From NCBI GenBank assembly GCA_964346815.1, contig CAYFWF010000043.1, positions 2,850 to 66,849 on the forward strand: DNA of 64,000 nucleotides, in the 5' to 3' direction. Below, one piece after another: positions 10,303 to 18,921 of this stretch. The notes below the pieces were generated by a model, which worked only from the letters and a program-made list of their open reading frames with translations, was not told where the DNA came from and searched no databases. The position numbers were made by a program, and so were the translations under genes. The stretch comes from an uncultured Eubacteriales bacterium (GTDB lineage Bacteria; Acidobacteriota; Aminicenantia; Aminicenantales; Aminicenantaceae). Every line of letters begins with the position of its first letter. Position 1 is the first letter of the stretch.

Positions 10303-12333
10303 ATGCGTAGAAGAATTATCGTTTTTTCCGCTGTTTGTCTTTTGGTTATATTTTCCTATTCGTTTGTTCAAAAAGGGGCAAAAAAAATCACTGCATTGGG
10401 TAAATATGACTTTTACCACTATTATGAATATGATGAATTAACCAACTTTTTAAAGGATATGAACAATGCTTATCCTGAGCTCACAGAACTCAGGTCGTTA
10501 TGTAAATCCGATATGGGACGAGATGTGTGGATGTTTGTAATAAACAATCCAGAGACAGGAAAAGAAGAGGACAAGCCGGGTCTGTTCTTGAATCAAATTC
10601 ATTCTAGTGAGGTGATTGCAGCCATGTCCTGCTGTTATACGATTTGGGATCTACTCGAGAACTATGGAAAAAGAGATGAAATCAGGGAGGCTTTAGACAA
10701 TCTAGTGTGGTACATTGTCCCCAGGCTTGATGTGGATGGCGCCGAAGCGTATTTGACCGGAAAGCCTGCGGGCGAAGATCCTGATCCAAGGGATGATGAT
10801 GGAGATTTCGAATTTGATGAAGATCCGCCCGAGGATATAGACGGAGATGGATTTATCGTGCAGATGAGACAGGAAGATCCGGAAGGGGAGTGGAAGATTT
10901 CAGAAAAAGATCCCAGACTTATGGTCAGAAAAGCGCCCGATGAGACGGGAGGAACATATTATAAGCTGTACTCGGAGGGATGGGACAATGACGGAGATGA
11001 AAAAATCAACGAGGACAGTTTCCGGATGAGATTTCTCTCCAACAGGAATTATCCTGGCAATTGGAGACCCGACAATATTCAACGTGGTGCAGGAAAATAT
11101 CCGATGGAAGAGAGAATCACCAGGGCTGAGGTGGATTTTGCTGCAGCTCATCCTAATATCGCTATTTATGTCCAGCATCACTGCTGCGGGAGAGTGATCC
11201 TGCGTCCTCCGACTACCAGGCCTGATAAGGACGTCAAACATCAAAGGGATCTCGAATTGTACAAAGTCGTCAGCGCTAGAAGTCTCGAGCATTCTGGATG
11301 GGATTTGGCCACCTCTGTGTACGATTGGAACTGGCCTTTCGGCACGCCAAACAGGAAATCGACCCAGATCTATCGGGATAAAGAAGGAAAAATCAAAAAT
11401 GCCCCAAGAGGGATGTACCCTGAGGAGGATGAAACAGAAACTCTGTATGATTTTGCAGGTTGGCAGAATGGGTGCGAATCTGAGCGCGGATATTATGCTT
11501 GGGGGAGTTCGATCGAGACCATGTATGATTTATTTGGAATCTTCTCGATGGGAGATGAACACTGGGCCAGCCCGGATTATGATAAAGACGGAAGAGTGAT
11601 AGAAAAGGAGCGTTTGAAGTGGAATGACGAAGAGCTGGATGGAATGCTTTACATCGATTGGCATAAATTTGACCATCCCACGCTAGGGAGGATCGAGATA
11701 GGTGGGTGGAAGCGGAGGAAATCGAGCCCGCCTGAGGGAGAGCTCATACAGAAGGAATGCGAGATGGGGAACCGTTTTGTGATTTATCTCGCAGGCCAAG
11801 CGCCTAAGATTATGATTGGTGATACCAAGATAACAGATAAAAAGGGCGGCGTTTATCAGATAGACATTAAAGTGAAAAACAGGGGACTCCTTCCCACAGG
11901 AACACAACAAGCGGTTGAGTTGGGTATGGTAGATCCTGTTCTCCTGGAGGTAGAGCCGAGCGAGAATGTCGAAATTCTCCTTGGAAAGGAAAAAGTCGAA
12001 CTAGGACAGATCGATGGATATTCTGAGAGCGAAAAGACAACCTATATCGTCAGAGTGAAGGATCCTGCTCAAAAGGCCGTTCTTAGGGTGTCTGTTGATA
12101 CGCAAAGAGCCGGAAAAGATTCTAAGGAAATCGTCATCAGCCAGCCGGGAGAAGTTATTGCTGAGCGGCGCATTGCCCCTGTATTTTATCGTTCTCTGAC
12201 TGACCCCAGTGATGAGATTGTTGATATTCCTGCGATGTTTCGACTCAAGGTGAAAGAGATAACAGCAGAGGGAGATAAGGATAGGAAGTCATCGTCGAGA
12301 TGTCTCGAAGGAACGGTCGATGGCAGAGGATAG
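10303..12333 (+). CDS. secreted M14 family zinc carboxypeptidase-like protein
   Basis: Start moved to the ATG preceded by AAGGAG. Signal peptide MRRRIIVFSAVCLLVIF and HSSE (HxxE) zinc motif. Asp/Glu-rich insert. The M14 assignment is moderate. Confidence 0.55.
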   Translation: MRRRIIVFSAVCLLVIFSYSFVQKGAKKITALGKYDFYHYYEYDELTNFLKDMNNAYPELTELRSLCKSDMGRDVWMFVINNPETGKEEDKPGLFLNQIHSSEVIAAMSCCYTIWDLLENYGKRDEIREALDNLVWYIVPRLDVDGAEAYLTGKPAGEDPDPRDDDGDFEFDEDPPEDIDGDGFIVQMRQEDPEGEWKISEKDPRLMVRKAPDETGGTYYKLYSEGWDNDGDEKINEDSFRMRFLSNRNYPGNWRPDNIQRGAGKYPMEERITRAEVDFAAAHPNIAIYVQHHCCGRVILRPPTTRPDKDVKHQRDLELYKVVSARSLEHSGWDLATSVYDWNWPFGTPNRKSTQIYRDKEGKIKNAPRGMYPEEDETETLYDFAGWQNGCESERGYYAWGSSIETMYDLFGIFSMGDEHWASPDYDKDGRVIEKERLKWNDEELDGMLYIDWHKFDHPTLGRIEIGGWKRRKSSPPEGELIQKECEMGNRFVIYLAGQAPKIMIGDTKITDKKGGVYQIDIKVKNRGLLPTGTQQAVELGMVDPVLLEVEPSENVEILLGKEKVELGQIDGYSESEKTTYIVRVKDPAQKAVLRVSVDTQRAGKDSKEIVISQPGEVIAERRIAPVFYRSLTDPSDEIVDIPAMFRLKVKEITAEGDKDRKSSSRCLEGTVDGRG

Positions 12334-12337
12334 GGAA

Positions 12338-12502
12338 TTACAGGCCTGGCGTAAATGTCATTTTTCTTAACTGCTCCTTCATTTTTCTCAACTCATCCTC
12401 TAGAGAAGAGACCCGAACTCTCAGCAGACTCACATCTTCTTTTAAATCCTTGACTTCTTGCTCTAAATCTTTGGCTTTTTCTTCTTGATCGAAATTTTCC
12501 AT
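12338..12502 (-). CDS. small coiled-coil protein
   Basis: About 54 aa from MENFDQEE, with heptad-like E/K/L-rich sequence. It lies immediately downstream of the bactofilin gene on the same strand. The upstream ATG of the 76-aa ORF overlaps bactofilin. Confidence 0.35.
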   Translation of the reverse strand: MENFDQEEKAKDLEQEVKDLKEDVSLLRVRVSSLEDELRKMKEQLRKMTFTPGL

Positions 12503-12524
12503 TTTCTTTCCTTTGACTCGTGAA

Positions 12525-12962
12525 TCAAGTGGATTTGGCAGAATTGTTATCTCGTCCTGAATTCTCACGTTTTTCTACAAACATTATGGGCTTGTCTTCT
12601 TTGCGAGGCATAATAATTTCTCCCTGGAAAAAACTGCCTTCAGCTATTGCGATTTTGGATGTCTGGATATTGCCGGTCACGTGGGCTTCAGACCTGAGCT
12701 CTACCTGTTCTGGAGAATTGATATTTCCTTTAAGCTTTCCTTCAATTATTACGGAACGGCTCTGGATGTTCCCCTCAATTTTTCCACCCTTCTGAATCCG
12801 CACCAAGCCTTCACTTTTGACATTTCCTTTGAGGTGACCGGAAATACGAACGCCTTCTGTACCGGATATGGTTCCTGTGAATCTGGTGCCTGGAGCAACC
12901 GAGGATTCTTCTGGGTCGACCTTGTCTTCGAGACGTCGTTTCATAAATCCTGATTTCTGCAT
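12525..12962 (-). CDS. bactofilin (polymer-forming cytoskeletal protein, DUF583)
   Basis: 145 aa. Repeated G-x-I/V-x-G beta-helix pattern (ISGHLKGNVKSEGLVRIQKGGKIEGNIQS). Confidence 0.8.
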   Translation of the reverse strand: MQKSGFMKRRLEDKVDPEESSVAPGTRFTGTISGTEGVRISGHLKGNVKSEGLVRIQKGGKIEGNIQSRSVIIEGKLKGNINSPEQVELRSEAHVTGNIQTSKIAIAEGSFFQGEIIMPRKEDKPIMFVEKRENSGRDNNSAKST

Positions 12963-13214
12963 TTTCCGTCCTATTTTACCTTCAGTCTTTTGTTTTGTCC
13001 ACCTATCTTTCTTAGACCCCTATCTTTTCTTGCGTTTTGTTGAGGAGTCATTAGTCACAGCAGCTCCTCGTTAACTTTTGTTAACTTGAATAGCCTTCGT
13101 TTCTTCAGAACTGTCTTCGAGTGTTTACACCTCGCTCCGGACCGTTAGCTTTCTTCGGGGGAGAAAGCAGTCTGGATATGGCACGGAGTGTGCATCGCCG
13201 AAAGTGAGGAAAAA

Positions 13215-13595
13215 ATGAGAAGCAGAGGATTCACCCTGATAGAACTCCTGATCTCTTTTGCAATAATTGTAATCTTGGTAATGGGAGCAGCTCAGCTGAC
13301 CATCCATTCTTTGTTTGTAAAGAGGAGAAGTGATGTTGCTGTACGATCGGCCGAACTCGCTTCTTCTAAATTGGAGTATTTAAAAGCACTTCCTTTTGAA
13401 GGCGAAGAACTTCAAGAAGGATTTTCAGTTGACAATCCTCAAGATACTTCAGGAAACGAAATCTATCAGAGAAAATGGGAGATTTATGATGTTTCTGCAC
13501 ACTTGAAACGTATCGAAATAGAGTGCAGCTCCGAGAGCTATCCCACCAAGGGAGCGCGAGTGGCTCTTTTTTATTCGGGAAAATTAGGATTTTAA
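13215..13595 (+). CDS. prepilin-type N-terminal cleavage/methylation domain protein (pseudopilin)
   Basis: Start at MRSRG|FTLIELLI, a class III signal peptide with Glu at +5, preceded by GTGAGGA. About 126 aa. Confidence 0.7.
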   Translation: MRSRGFTLIELLISFAIIVILVMGAAQLTIHSLFVKRRSDVAVRSAELASSKLEYLKALPFEGEELQEGFSVDNPQDTSGNEIYQRKWEIYDVSAHLKRIEIECSSESYPTKGARVALFYSGKLGF

Positions 13596-13619
13596 TCTGA
13601 GAGAAAGCCATAGAAGAAC

Positions 13620-14351
13620 ATGATTGATAAGAAATATAGGGATAGAGGTTTTTCCTTGATAGAGAGCTTGATCTGTCTGTTTTTGTTCCTTCTTATTATC
13701 CTTTTTAGCTTTGATTGTTTTAATGCAGTAAGGAGTCACTTTTTCGAGCTTAAAATATCGGAGGAACGGAGTACGGCTGTTTATGCGGCTCTGGATAGGC
13801 TGAAAAGAGATCTACAGGAAGCAGGTTGGGGACTTACTGAAGCGGCCAGAAATGCGGCAGTGGAGGCGATCAGTGAAGAAGGGGAAACTCTTATTTTACT
13901 CAGCAAAAATGAGTGTTTATCTCTCAATGGAAATTTGGTCATCGGACAGACAAAGATCGAGGTCAAAGATGCACGGGCTGTCAAGAGAGGACATCAGGTA
14001 TGTATTTTTGATTCATTCGGAGGAGAAGTGCATTCGGTGGCCTCCGCAGATAAGGACACCATAATCTTGATGTCTCCCTTGACTGGAGAATATGTGCAGA
14101 AGGATACAGATATAGTCTTATTGAGGAAGATTTCCCTTTTCCTCGATAACAGGAATGGGGTGATTAGAAGGAAGGTCAACTCCAGTCCAGCACAGCCTTT
14201 ATTGGAAGGTGTGATCCTTTTTGACTTTGAATATAAGAGGGATTCAAACCTGGTAAGCGCACATTTTAGACTGAAAATAGACGAGGAGAAAAATTATGAA
14301 GTCGTTGTGTTTCCTAAGAATACTGCCATGTCCGCTTCCAAAGAAAAATAG
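13620..14351 (+). CDS. minor pseudopilin (GspJ/PilW-like)
   Basis: 243 aa. N-terminal MIDKKYRDRG|FSLIESLI prepilin motif followed by a hydrophobic helix. Confidence 0.65.
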   Translation: MIDKKYRDRGFSLIESLICLFLFLLIILFSFDCFNAVRSHFFELKISEERSTAVYAALDRLKRDLQEAGWGLTEAARNAAVEAISEEGETLILLSKNECLSLNGNLVIGQTKIEVKDARAVKRGHQVCIFDSFGGEVHSVASADKDTIILMSPLTGEYVQKDTDIVLLRKISLFLDNRNGVIRRKVNSSPAQPLLEGVILFDFEYKRDSNLVSAHFRLKIDEEKNYEVVVFPKNTAMSASKEK

Positions 14352-15897
14352 TCTGCCCCGGAGAAAAGGGGCCTTGACGATTATTTCTGTGTTCATCTTT
14401 TTTTTGTTTTCAACTCTTGGACTAGGGATGCTCTATCTTACCCAAGTATACTTGAAGACCTCGGCATATAGAAGGAACTCCATGCTCCTCGAATATGCAT
14501 CAGAAAATGGGATTAAACAAGGATTCAATCAGTTTCATGGATTTCTGTCGAAAAGATCCTCACCAATGTCGTTAACAGAGGCAGAGACATTTGATTTCAT
14601 TCAGGATGCTGAGAACGGTGGAACGCGCCTTCTTGATCAGGCCCTGGGCTGCAGCCTTCCGCTGATATCAGAGGATAATTGGGAAAGAATGAGCTGGATA
14701 TGCCAGACTGATTTTGCGTTCGAACATCTCACCGAGGAAGAGGGATATTTTCAGCTTCGATATAAAGGCACGACAAACTCATCAGGTCAATTGGAACATT
14801 TCAAGCCTGCAAAAAATGCAAGTCTTGGTTACACTTTGGAGTTATCGGCAGGACACATCCCGCTTTCGCTCATACCTATACTCGTGGATAAAAAAATGAG
14901 TTCAGAAGAAAAAAAACAGATTATTGAGGAGAAGAAAATACAAATCCTTCCACTCGATCAAAGCGGTCTTCCAAGGCCAATAGCGTTTTCTGAAAATGAA
15001 ATCATCCCAGAGCAACCTCTCTCTCAATTGGCCGAGGCATTAAAGGTCGATATTTTTCATCCTCAGGATCTTTCAGCCTCAAAACTCCGGATAGCCCTTG
15101 GACTCGAGCCAACCGATGAGCCTGTCCCATCCGGCGTGTATCTGATAGAAGATGACCTGGGATTGGGAGGCATTTTTGTTCAGGGCGATTTGGACGAAAT
15201 GGTGCTCGCCGTCCAGGATAACTTTCAGATCATTAAGTTTGTTTCAGAACAAAAACAATGGACGTTGAAGTTCAATCCCCAAAGAAGAGAGACCACATTC
15301 AGAACCCCTAACACGGTAAGTTCCTACCAGCTGGTTCCGAGAGGTATAATCATCGTGAATGGAAAGATCCTTTCCCTGGGTGGAGGTTATGTGGACGGAG
15401 CAGGGGAGATCGTCATGAGTCAAGAAGAAGAAATTCCCTGTATTTTAAGAGGTGTCAACATCACGATTATATCATCTGATGAGGTGACTTTGTCTTCTCA
15501 TCTGATTTATCAGGGCCTGAAATGGGAAGAAGGGATTCCTTACATCAAAGACCCAGATACGCAGCTTTCCATCTTTTCTACTGGGAAGGATTTTTTGGAT
15601 GCCTCAGAGAACACAGGCCAGATCAATATCGCTGAAGATGCCCCGGATAAACTGAAAATTCAGGGATCACTTACAGCTACAGATAAGGGGATTAACGTTC
15701 TGGGCGAGGGGAAAGAGATTCAGGTGTTGGGAAGTATTCAGGCATCGGATTTTGTTTTGAACAACAATGAAATCAGTGTCAAGTTCGACGAAAGATTTTT
15801 GAAGGCAGGCGATCTTCTTCAGTATTCCCCCCGAGCGAAGAATCCTGTGCTTTTTATTTCTTCATTTAAAATCACAGGCTGGAGAGAAAATTTCTGA
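14296..15897 (+). CDS. GspK/PilX-like minor pseudopilin
   Basis: 533 aa. The N-terminal region RRKGALTIISVFIFFLF resembles the GspK-type non-cleaved pseudopilin N-terminus. The true start is uncertain, because this ORF overlaps the previous gene and a CTG lies at 14353. Confidence 0.45.
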   Translation: MKSLCFLRILPCPLPKKNSLPRRKGALTIISVFIFFLFSTLGLGMLYLTQVYLKTSAYRRNSMLLEYASENGIKQGFNQFHGFLSKRSSPMSLTEAETFDFIQDAENGGTRLLDQALGCSLPLISEDNWERMSWICQTDFAFEHLTEEEGYFQLRYKGTTNSSGQLEHFKPAKNASLGYTLELSAGHIPLSLIPILVDKKMSSEEKKQIIEEKKIQILPLDQSGLPRPIAFSENEIIPEQPLSQLAEALKVDIFHPQDLSASKLRIALGLEPTDEPVPSGVYLIEDDLGLGGIFVQGDLDEMVLAVQDNFQIIKFVSEQKQWTLKFNPQRRETTFRTPNTVSSYQLVPRGIIIVNGKILSLGGGYVDGAGEIVMSQEEEIPCILRGVNITIISSDEVTLSSHLIYQGLKWEEGIPYIKDPDTQLSIFSTGKDFLDASENTGQINIAEDAPDKLKIQGSLTATDKGINVLGEGKEIQVLGSIQASDFVLNNNEISVKFDERFLKAGDLLQYSPRAKNPVLFISSFKITGWRENF

Positions 15898-15907
15898 GGA
15901 AGAGGAA

Positions 15908-16348
15908 TTGGTGAAAAACAGAACAGGTTTACAGGGCTTCACGCTTTTGGAAGTTGTGATTTTTGTCTCCATTTTTGCTGTGCTTCTGGGTTTAGCCTCG
16001 GGTTCTTTTTTTCATGTTTCCCAAAAGTACAGACTCCAGAGAGCTGTATGGGAAATTCATTCTAAGATGAATTATTCTCGTTTCAAAGCCGTCTTTTGTG
16101 GAACGAAATTTCGGGTATCCTTCAATCCCCAGGGATACACCATAGAGAAATATGACGAAGAGGCCCACTCCTGGGAGACCGAGATGGAAAATATTCTGGA
16201 GGGAGTTCGTTTAGATGCCAATAACAGCCCCATTTTTCATCCAGGAGGCACCGTTTCAAATCTTGCTTCTGTAACCGTTTCGAACGGGTGGGGAAGTTAC
16301 AAAATAACCTTGGCTATCTCAGGAAGGATCAAAACGATTAAGCTTTAA
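15908..16348 (+). CDS. GspH/FimT-like pseudopilin
   Basis: 146 aa. GLQG|FTLLEVVI prepilin motif. TTG or GTG start, with a GAGGAAGAGGA RBS upstream. Confidence 0.65.
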   Translation: MVKNRTGLQGFTLLEVVIFVSIFAVLLGLASGSFFHVSQKYRLQRAVWEIHSKMNYSRFKAVFCGTKFRVSFNPQGYTIEKYDEEAHSWETEMENILEGVRLDANNSPIFHPGGTVSNLASVTVSNGWGSYKITLAISGRIKTIKL

Positions 16349-16420
16349 ATGCATAAATTTTAAAATTTTTTTATAAAACCTATTGAATAAATATTAATTA
16401 TTGTGTAGAATGATAATGCA

Positions 16421-16625
16421 CCTGCTGGGCTGGCTGGGCAGGTTCCCTTCCTATAAATCCCTAACCCCCTTTTTGCTGATTCCCCCAAACAGCCAGCACC
16501 TCAATTCCTTTCAATTTTTTCTCATTAGTCCGACTAAATATACGGCCCCGCTACGCTGGCTGGGCGGAGCTCCTGTCTCCTTTACCTTTCAAACCCGGCA
16601 AAATCCCCAAACAGCCAGCAATCTA
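16421..16625. repeat. imperfect tandem duplication (about 120-125 bp unit x2), each unit with an 8-bp inverted repeat GCTGGCTG...CAGCCAGC around a roughly 40-45 nt pyrimidine-rich loop
   Basis: GCTGGCTGGGC occurs at about 16429 and 16555, and CCCCAAACAGCCAGCA at about 16483 and 16605. It lies in the non-coding convergent gap between the pseudopilin cluster and the amidohydrolase gene. Confidence 0.5.
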
Positions 16626-16641
16626 TCTGAATGAACTGCCT

Positions 16642-18426
16642 CTACTTTTCGAAGATGACCTTTCCGTCTACAATTGTATATAAAACCTCAGCCTGGAGGA
16701 TCTCTTCTTCGGGGATCGTCAGCAGGTTTCTGTCGAATACCGTGATATCGGCCAACTTTCCTTCCTCGATTGGGCCACGGATGTCGTCCTCAAAGCAAGC
16801 ATAGGCATTGTTTATCGTATAGGCCTTAAGTGCTTCCTCTACTGAAATGCGTTGCTCGGGAAACCATCCATCTTCCGGCGTCCCCATGAGCGTTTTTCGT
16901 GTTACTGCAGCATAGATCAAATACTTGGGGTGCATATGGTAAAGAGCCGCACTCGTTCCTGGCCAGTCAGAACCGAAACTCAGAGTAGCCCCGTTGTCCA
17001 ACAGTGATTTAAAGGCATAAGCTCCCTTACATCGTTGGTCTCCGATTCTTTCCTCCATCCAGCGCATGTCATCGGAGATATGGTAGGGATTGACTTCGGC
17101 AATGACGTTCAACGTTTTAAATCGAGGAAAGTCCTGCGGTCTGATGACTTGAGCATGAATGACTCTAAATCCGATAAGATCCACTCCTTCATTTTTCAAA
17201 CGCTCATAGAGATCCAGCATTTCTGCAACCCCTCGTGTTCCTATGGCATGAACATTGGGAATGAATCCGGCATCCAGCCCGACTTTGATAAGGTTGTACA
17301 TTTTCTCCATATTCCCGATTTTGTAATCAGGATCGTCGGATGTGTGACGTCGCCAATGTCCATAATTATCTGGTTGATCGTCATAAGGTTCAAAGAAGAG
17401 CGCGCCATGGGTGCCCATGATCCCATCGATGTATCCTTTTAGAGCTCCATATCTCAGCCACATATCTTTTTGCTTTGTTTTGGGATGAAGCCCCATGGTC
17501 AGTCCTTTCTCTTTCAATTCTGCTCCGCGGGAAAGGTCTGGCCTTAGCCACACCCGGCAGGTCAGTTCGCCGTTTTCCTGAAGCTCGATGAAGCGCTCAG
17601 TCTGATCAGGAGCTGCAATATCGTGGATTTCAACGATACCCGCTTCTCGAAGTGCTCGGAGAGCTGCTCTGTTTTCGTCCAGAAGTCTTTTGTGAGATTT
17701 GGGCTTTCTGGCTTTTGCGATACGATCAAAGGCCGGCGAGGGGCGATGAATGATTCCTGTCGGTTTCCCATCACGACCGACTTCCATCCCTTCGAGTTTG
17801 GCATTCTCGAGTTTTGCCGACTTCAAGGCTGCTGTATTCGCCAACCATACTTTGTAATCGAACCGACAGAGAAAACAAGGATTATCAGGCGTTAGATCAT
17901 CGATCATAGATCTGTTCGGCTTCCATGGCTCCTTTTTTTCAGATCCTTTGTCTCCAGAATCTCCCAATGCCCACTGCTCATAGGCTCCCCAGAGTCCTTG
18001 AGTGATCCATTCCCCCTCATCCAATAATTCCACCACCCGTTTGATTTCCCTTCTCAATCCCTCTTCATCGGCAACAGTCATCAAATTCGCATCATTGATC
18101 AAAGCACCTGCATTATTGAAGTGGACATGGCCATCGATGATACCAGGTGTGACAAAATTCCCCTTGAGGTCGATGACCCTTGTTCCTTCTCCGATGTATT
18201 TCTTAGCTCTTCCATCATTCCTGAGCACTGCTGTTATTTTATTTCCGTTGATGATCAGTGCTTCTGCCGATGCATTGTCTGGATTGGCTGTGAAGATTTC
18301 GCCGTTCATCATGACGATATCCGCTGGGACAACCTCCGTCCGCGAACACGCGGCGCAAAGGCTTAATAGCAGAATGGCTAAGAATGAACCCAACAAAATG
18401 GAATGAAAACTTCTTGAATTTTTCAT
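16642..18426 (-). CDS. amidohydrolase family (Amidohydro_3-type) metal-dependent hydrolase, lipoprotein
   Basis: Start moved to MKNSRSF (ATG at 18426, preceded by GGAGG). Signal sequence with lipobox-like LSLCAAC. HxH motif GIIDGHVHF. Confidence 0.8.
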   Translation of the reverse strand: MKNSRSFHSILLGSFLAILLLSLCAACSRTEVVPADIVMMNGEIFTANPDNASAEALIINGNKITAVLRNDGRAKKYIGEGTRVIDLKGNFVTPGIIDGHVHFNNAGALINDANLMTVADEEGLRREIKRVVELLDEGEWITQGLWGAYEQWALGDSGDKGSEKKEPWKPNRSMIDDLTPDNPCFLCRFDYKVWLANTAALKSAKLENAKLEGMEVGRDGKPTGIIHRPSPAFDRIAKARKPKSHKRLLDENRAALRALREAGIVEIHDIAAPDQTERFIELQENGELTCRVWLRPDLSRGAELKEKGLTMGLHPKTKQKDMWLRYGALKGYIDGIMGTHGALFFEPYDDQPDNYGHWRRHTSDDPDYKIGNMEKMYNLIKVGLDAGFIPNVHAIGTRGVAEMLDLYERLKNEGVDLIGFRVIHAQVIRPQDFPRFKTLNVIAEVNPYHISDDMRWMEERIGDQRCKGAYAFKSLLDNGATLSFGSDWPGTSAALYHMHPKYLIYAAVTRKTLMGTPEDGWFPEQRISVEEALKAYTINNAYACFEDDIRGPIEEGKLADITVFDRNLLTIPEEEILQAEVLYTIVDGKVIFEK

Positions 18427-18699
18427 TACTCCTCCCTTGTCTATTCTAATGAGGTTATGTTTATTTCGGTCTCTTCCAAGCTTAAGAGGCACTCGGAGCC
18501 AGGAGCTTGCGGCCCACCATGAGCGGCAAATGGCGAAAACTGAGATAGGAAGCGGAGAAATCCCCATTTCCACTTTATTATGCCGATGTCCATTCCCATT
18601 AGAACCTGCCAAGTAAAAATTCAGGATACCTGTCCAATTCGAGAGAAGCTGATTATATTCTTTAATGAAAATAAAAGTCAAAATTGTCAGGAAGAGATG

Positions 18700-18730
18700 T
18701 TGACAGCCTGAGATGAAATGTTTGTAATAT
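18700..18730 (+). promoter_or_regulatory. putative sigma70-type promoter (TTGACA, about 19-nt spacer, TAATAT) facing the M24 peptidase gene
   Basis: Read directly. It would give a 5' UTR of about 190 nt. Confidence 0.25.
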
Positions 18731-18921
18731 AAAAAATAGACGAGGAGACCGCTTTGCTCTTAAATTTTGGAGGGGAAGGACAATAGGTTTGAGATTTATT
18801 AGAGTTATAACCTGAATCTAAATCAAATCTTTGCTGGTCTGTTCGGAATGGGTAAACCTTTCCTCTGTTTCCAATGATTTAAGATTAAGGCCTTTGGAGA
18901 ATTTCCTTAAGGAGGATCAAT

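Noticed and set aside
16401-16634. 77-aa + strand ORF across the tandem repeat
   Set aside because: It is Pro/Leu-rich with low complexity and has no RBS. It exists only because of the GC-rich repeat. It is better explained as a non-coding repeat or RNA.
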